A DNA stretch of 64,000 nt from Antedon mediterranea. Lineage: Eukaryota; Animalia; Echinodermata. Position 1 is the stretch's first letter. Each line of letters starts with the position of its first letter. Below the pieces are notes generated by a model, which was not told where the DNA came from, did no database searches, and saw only the letters and a list, made by a program, of their open reading frames with translations. Location: contig NC_092671.1 of NCBI RefSeq assembly GCF_964355755.1, forward strand, positions 38,264,304-38,328,303, in the 5' to 3' direction. A program made the position numbers and the translations under genes. This document shows positions 59,001-64,000 of this stretch, one piece after another.

Positions 59001-59444
59001 TATAGTTGCAATAATGCCTAAAGCTCTGTCTACATTATCAAACTTTACGTGACAAAAACATGTGATGTGCCTATATATGGACATGATGATGTCATATCAC
59101 TACCATATTTAGGCACATCATGACTATGTTTGGGCACATCACACTTTTTTGTCACATAAAGTTTGAAAGTATAGACAGAGCTTTAGACACCTGATTCAAA
59201 CAACTTGTAAACATTCAGTATTTGTATAACAAAAACTAACATTAGGTCAGACAAATTATATTGTACTTTATAATGTAAATGCCATCAATTTAATAATTAA
59301 TATTACATTCTCTTTACCAAAATTGACAAGCTTTTTTATTTACCGAAACAGATGGTAGAGACAATATTCAAAGCTGTTTTGGAATTAATAGAAAGGAATG
59401 ATGGTACCTCGCCAAAGACCGATAAGGATTGTACCATTCTGTAA
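56073..59444 (+). CDS. RHEB: Rheb small GTPase (184 aa)
   Basis: Exons 56073-56124, 56460-56531, 57831-57981, 58166-58222, 58399-58446, 58682-58763 (GC donor), 59352-59444 sum to 555 nt. GFRSVGKSS P-loop with the Rheb-specific Arg, YDPTIEN, DTAGQDEYS, NKID, ESSAK, CaaX CTIL. Confidence 0.96.
56540..57450. mobile_element. Foldback element with ~350-400-bp imperfect inverted arms in Rheb intron 2
   Basis: CTAGTTCCGTTTTGCACCTG / CAGGTGCGAAACGGAACTAG ends. Internal arm matches such as GTTTCTATGGAGCGCCAAAAGAGCAA / TTGCTCTTTTGGCGCTCCATAGAAAC. Confidence 0.8.
59023..59182. mobile_element. MITE family A copy (last Rheb intron)
   Basis: Both TIRs present. Confidence 0.8.
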
Positions 59445-60038
59445 AAAGGATTGTACCATTCTGTAAAAAGGATTGTACCATTCTGTAAACAGGATTGTAC
59501 CATTCTGTAAACATGATTGTACTATTCTGTAAACAAGATTGTACCATTCTGTAAACAGGATTGTACCATTCTGTAAACATGATTGTACCATTCTGTAAAC
59601 ATGATTGTACTATTCTGTAAACAGTATTGTACCATTCTGTAAACAGGATTGTACCATTCTGTAAACATGATTGTACTATTCTGTAAACAGTATTGTACCA
59701 TTCTGTAAACAGGATTGTACCATTCTGTAAAAAGGATTGTACCATTCTGTAAACAGGATTGTACCATTCTGTAAACAGGATTGTACCATTCTGTAAACAG
59801 GATTGTACCATTCTGTAAACAGGATTGTACCATTCTGTAAACAGGATTGTACTATTCTGTAAACAGGATTGTACCATTCTGTAAAAAGGATTGTACCATT
59901 CTGTAAACAGGATTGTACCATTCTGTAAAAAGGATTGTACCATTCTGTAAACAGGATTGTACCATTCTGTAAACATGATTGTACTATTCTGTAAACAGTA
60001 TTGTACCATTCTGTAAACGGGATTGTACCATTTTGTAG
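59427..60038 (+). repeat. 22-bp minisatellite, 28 units, consensus GATTGTACCATTCTGTAAACAG
   Basis: Exact 22-bp period from 59427 to 60021. The first unit is the last five Rheb codons plus stop. Confidence 0.97.
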
Positions 60039-60210
60039 ACTGGCTTGTTCCTACAATACAAGATATGGGACCATTGGAGAACAACAATTTCGGTAATTGC
60101 CATTAAAATGTCAACTGCAAATGGCAACGTCTTCTGTACATCATCCAAACCAATTGTTTTTAAAAGTTAATTTTATTGCTCTTGTAGGAGTAACAATGCA
60201 TCTGGTTTAA

Positions 60211-60365
60211 AGCACTGTCTACACTATCAAAATAGTTTGGAAAAAAAAGTGTAATGTGCCCAAATATGGTAGTGATATGCCCAAATATAGTAGTGATATG
60301 ACATCATCATGTCCATATATGGGCACATCACATTATTTAGTCACATAAAGTTTGATAGTGTAGAG
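60211..60365. mobile_element. MITE family A copy (Rheb 3' region)
   Basis: Left TIR and core; right TIR degraded. Confidence 0.7.
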
Positions 60366-60551
60366 TATTGCAAAACATTCTCAATAAAAATGATGTTTGT
60401 TTTCATCTATGTAAATATTCTACTGAATCATGGTTGTATAATTACATGCAAATGTCATTTATTTGCATAAATGAAAACTGAGTGTGCTTTCTTTACTTTG
60501 AAATATCCACAATGTTGTACTTCTATAAACTGATTTTCCTGTATTATTTAA

Positions 60552-60852
60552 AGATGTATTGTCCCCCTGAAAAAATAATTCTTGAACTTTTTTTGTTGAA
60601 TATGTCATTTTAATATTATATAATATTTTTCCACTTTGACCAAAAATTGGATCAAAAAAAATGTATTTACCTGAAAAAAAGTGTAATTTAAAGCAAAAAA
60701 ATAGTCAAATTGTTTGAATTTAACCATTTATTTTGGCTTTTTTTAAGTGACAACATTATTATTTCCCATTTTTTTCTATGGAAAAAATAACATATTCAAA
60801 GTCTGATTTAATTAATCTTCATTTTTTTATGTTTTTTGGGGACAATACATCT
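60552..60852. mobile_element. Kolobok-like MITE family C copy
   Basis: TTAA|AGATGTATTGTCCC...GGGACAATACATCT|TTAA. Confidence 0.8.
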
Positions 60853-61502
60853 TTAAAGGAAATAGTGTATAATGCAAGAAATTCAATTTATCAGCATTTA
60901 TTAAAATTGTTAATTTGATTTATTATTTTAATATTGGTTGATTAAAGTATATGAAAGGGATATTATATTAACAGATTTATGTTGACCTTAAAATTCATGG
61001 TTATAATTTTGTTATATTTTAATAGCTAAAATGAATGATACCCATAATTTATACCGATTTAAACTTTTTCTGTTTTTATCCGTAAAATGTCACACTATAC
61101 TTCCATAGTGTAATTCTCCTTGATAAATCTATATTGTGTACAAATGTAGTCAAATTGTAACTTGGTGGTTCTGCTCATCTTCTATCACCAGTGTCAAAAT
61201 CAGCGCCATAAGCAAAGTTTAAAATCACATAAGTTAAAAAAGCATGGGTGTATTTCTTTAGACGTTACTGCAGTAACTGACGAAATACTTTACAAGTACA
61301 GTTAGTGTATTAGGATGCTCAAGAAAGATGTTTTTTAAACAATGTGTATAGACTGTAGAGTAATATGCAAATATATTATGTATAGTTAGTATATGAACCA
61401 TTGTAAAGTAATTAGAAAACAAGATTCAAGAAATTCTATTGGTCCACTTTAAAAAATAAAAATTTTTCTTGAGGATAATTTGAAAGTTACCATACATCCA
61501 CA

Positions 61503-61657
61503 TTTCACACCTGTTCCGGCACGTTTCCGGTTTGGCGAATCGAACATCAATGTTTAGTTTTCACAACGCTCCACACCAATCAATAAACGCGTAGAAACGA
61601 AACATTGACATTCAATTGGATTTGCCAGACCAGAACCGTGCTGGAACATGTGTGAAA
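61503..61657. repeat. Palindromic MITE-like hairpin
   Basis: TTTCACACCTGTTCCGGCACG ... CGTGCTGGAACATGTGTGAAA inverted ends. Confidence 0.6.
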
Positions 61658-63676
61658 GACCCTTTAAGGTGGAAAAACCCCTGGAATGGATATTCAGTTA
61701 TTGTGCCTGGTCAGGCTTAATATTTACCCAGGTGATCTGGCCACCTAAGTTAGTGATAATTGGTCAATAAAGCCAACCTAACCGGGTAAATAACTAAGCC
61801 TGAATCTTCATTCATAGAAGACAAGAACAAATATCCTTACACAGTCCATAGCCGTCTGTAACTTAATTCTGCTGTTTAAGTTACAGCTAACTTTGATGTC
61901 TTTTTATTCATACCTTTTCTCCTTTCAACTATACTATTATAGGAATATTGTATAAACCCAACTATTGTATATTCTAGACAATGTATAACTAACAATTGTT
62001 AAATAAAGTCTTTTACAAAACAAAAATTGAACTCTGTTTGTATTCTGATTCATTCATTGGGAAAATGTGTGGGTCAGTCAGGGTCATACATATTCATACT
62101 ACAAATAAGGTGTGGTGTTTTTATTGTCTGGCCAAGCCACTGTTTTTCTTTCTACCTGTACTTTTCACAATATTTACAATACTAACACAAGCATGTACAG
62201 TACTTAGCATAGGGATTTGTGTATAAACAAATATTTTCATTCATTTTCAACAATCAAAATCAATTATAGTTTGCTTAAAAAAACATTAAAGTTATATTAA
62301 GAAATATAAAACGTATTCTTCTGGTACAGGAGATCATGAATGATATAACTGTTTACCAAAAACAAAGTTATTTGCATAATTGCCACCTGTAAAAATGTGT
62401 CTATTAAATGTATTTAGCCTTTGTACATGAAGCAGATTTCTTGACTGTAAGAATACTAAATTATTACTACACTTAATGCACAATATGCCAAACATTAGTG
62501 TGTTGCGATCGACGTTAAATACCTGGATGAGTCCCGATAGGTGGCTCTTTACCTGCTCTAACATGCTAACTGCAACTAAGCTTTTTTTTCACTTACGCAT
62601 TTTAAAGTCCATAGCCCACTTAAAGAAGAGATACAACCCCATTATAACATATATACAATTTGTACTAGGCAAATATATTATAAAGTACTGTCAGTCAATG
62701 AATAAGCTATTGAGTATTAGCTAATTAATATAAATAAAATATATAATAAACTGCATTCTATATGAAATGGAAGGAGACAAAACATACCATCTATATATCT
62801 CCTCCATGATCATACCTGAGGTGTTTTAGACTAGGTTCTAGCCAGTATTAAGTAAAGATAAATATTTTGGCACATACAGCGTTTCATACGTATAATATAA
62901 TACTCACAATGCATTCGAGATAAAATCGAAATGTTGACTGGTGGAGACACTAAGTAAGTGTGCAAGTAAGTAAGTCTACTGAGAGTGAAAGCTTATACTA
63001 ATATTGGATGCGACAGACAAATTTACAACGATGATGACAAAAATGCAATTGTTTTTATTTTTAATAATATATGGAAATTCTAATAACACTTGATATACTG
63101 GCCACAGATAAAGTCTCTTATTTAAGGTAATGTGCTTGCCCATGGATATCTGAATTTTTTATTATATCATTTTTCTGTGCATCATTACAATGTTTAACTA
63201 TTTGAATTTTAACTTGAAAAAGTTGAGAATATTTTGTCCACAATAAATATAGGCCTACATATATATGAAGAGTAGGCCTAAAGTCATTTTGAAACCTTAA
63301 GTTATATCAGGTAGGGGGCCTAACCATATGTATTACAGTTGCATTTTTACCAGGGACTATCTGGGACATATAATAGTTCAGTAGTGCACTCACCTAATAG
63401 AATCCCACTTTCTACTAATAAAAGGAAAACCAACACCCACTTGACTAACAGTGCCCTCTATTTTGTTATCATAGAAAAAGCTATTTATAAAATTAAATGT
63501 AAATATTGAACTTTGATTGGAACATGTTTAAAGTCTGATTATTATGTTAAAAACTTTACATTAGCACATTGATGATTAGTAAGATCTTTAATTTATATTT
63601 TAAAATGTTGAATTACAGAACATTTACAAGTTTAATGTGCATTTGTTTTTTGTTTTTTTTAGCCACACAGATAAAT

Positions 63677-64000
63677 TTATGGTATCATATCCACAAATTC
63701 ATACTCTGAAGTTCCATCAAAATGCGAATTGACATGACCATTTATGTATTCTGCAGAAAACAAACACCTATCAAACTGCCTACTGCAAATGGGACATAAA
63801 GTTATGTCTGGTGTAGCACCAAGATTGGCTGCCTGGTCTGGTTTATCTACTATTCCAACTGGTGTGTAAAACTCTGGAGAATTTCTCCCACCAATATCTA
63901 AATCCGTTTCTATGTTTGGTGGGTTTCTAGGTGGTAGTAAGCCTCCCCCCGTCTCTTGCATAATTGGTATTCTAAAGTCAGAAACTTGACTCCCGAGTTT
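63677..64000 (-). CDS. 3' end of a gene with a C-terminal UBZ-like C2H2 zinc finger (TANK/TAX1BP1/CALCOCO-like adaptor?)
   Basis: Frame is open from the window edge to the stop at 63677. CPICSRQF...INGHVNSHF is followed by SEYEFVDMIP*. Confidence 0.6.
   Translation of the reverse strand, partial: KLGSQVSDFRIPIMQETGGGLLPPRNPPNIETDLDIGGRNSPEFYTPVGIVDKPDQAANLGATPDITLCPICSRQFDRCLFSAEYINGHVNSHFDGTSEYEFVDMIP

Noticed and set aside
59427-60038. CRISPR-like array
   Set aside because: Head-to-tail repeats with no unique spacers, eukaryotic context and no cas genes. The same applies to the arrays at 15813, 30289 and 31418.
59368-60087. 239-aa minus-strand ORF and overlapping ORFs
   Set aside because: Antisense reading of the 22-bp minisatellite, which has no stops on that strand; no independent coding evidence.

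Overview
AT-rich, intron-rich animal (invertebrate-like) genomic DNA, not prokaryotic. Reading splice sites by hand gives seven spliced protein-coding gene models plus one partial gene: CLASP (5' part, minus strand), KCTD20/BTBD10 (minus), an orphan ~770-aa disordered protein (plus), DERA (minus), an unusual ~1681-aa Notch-ligand-like type I membrane protein (minus; signal peptide-MNNL/C2-DSL-33 EGF-SEA-like-TM), TXNL1 (plus), Rheb (plus), and the last exon of a gene ending in a UBZ-type zinc finger (minus). Introns and spacers carry many non-autonomous elements: about 25-30 copies of a Harbinger-like MITE with an internal 21-bp repeat, TTAA-targeting Kolobok-like elements, a hAT element with an 8-bp TSD, a Helentron-like element, a long foldback and two tRNA-derived SINE families. 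No transposase ORF was seen. Top observations: (1) the DSL ligand head sits on a Notch-receptor-sized EGF stalk; (2) a 28-copy 22-bp minisatellite has as its unit the Rheb CaaX box plus stop codon; (3) two local exon-edge duplications create potential new exons; (4) TAGGCCTA motifs cluster just downstream of several inferred first exons. All identifications come from recalled family motifs and hand-read coordinates; no searches were run.
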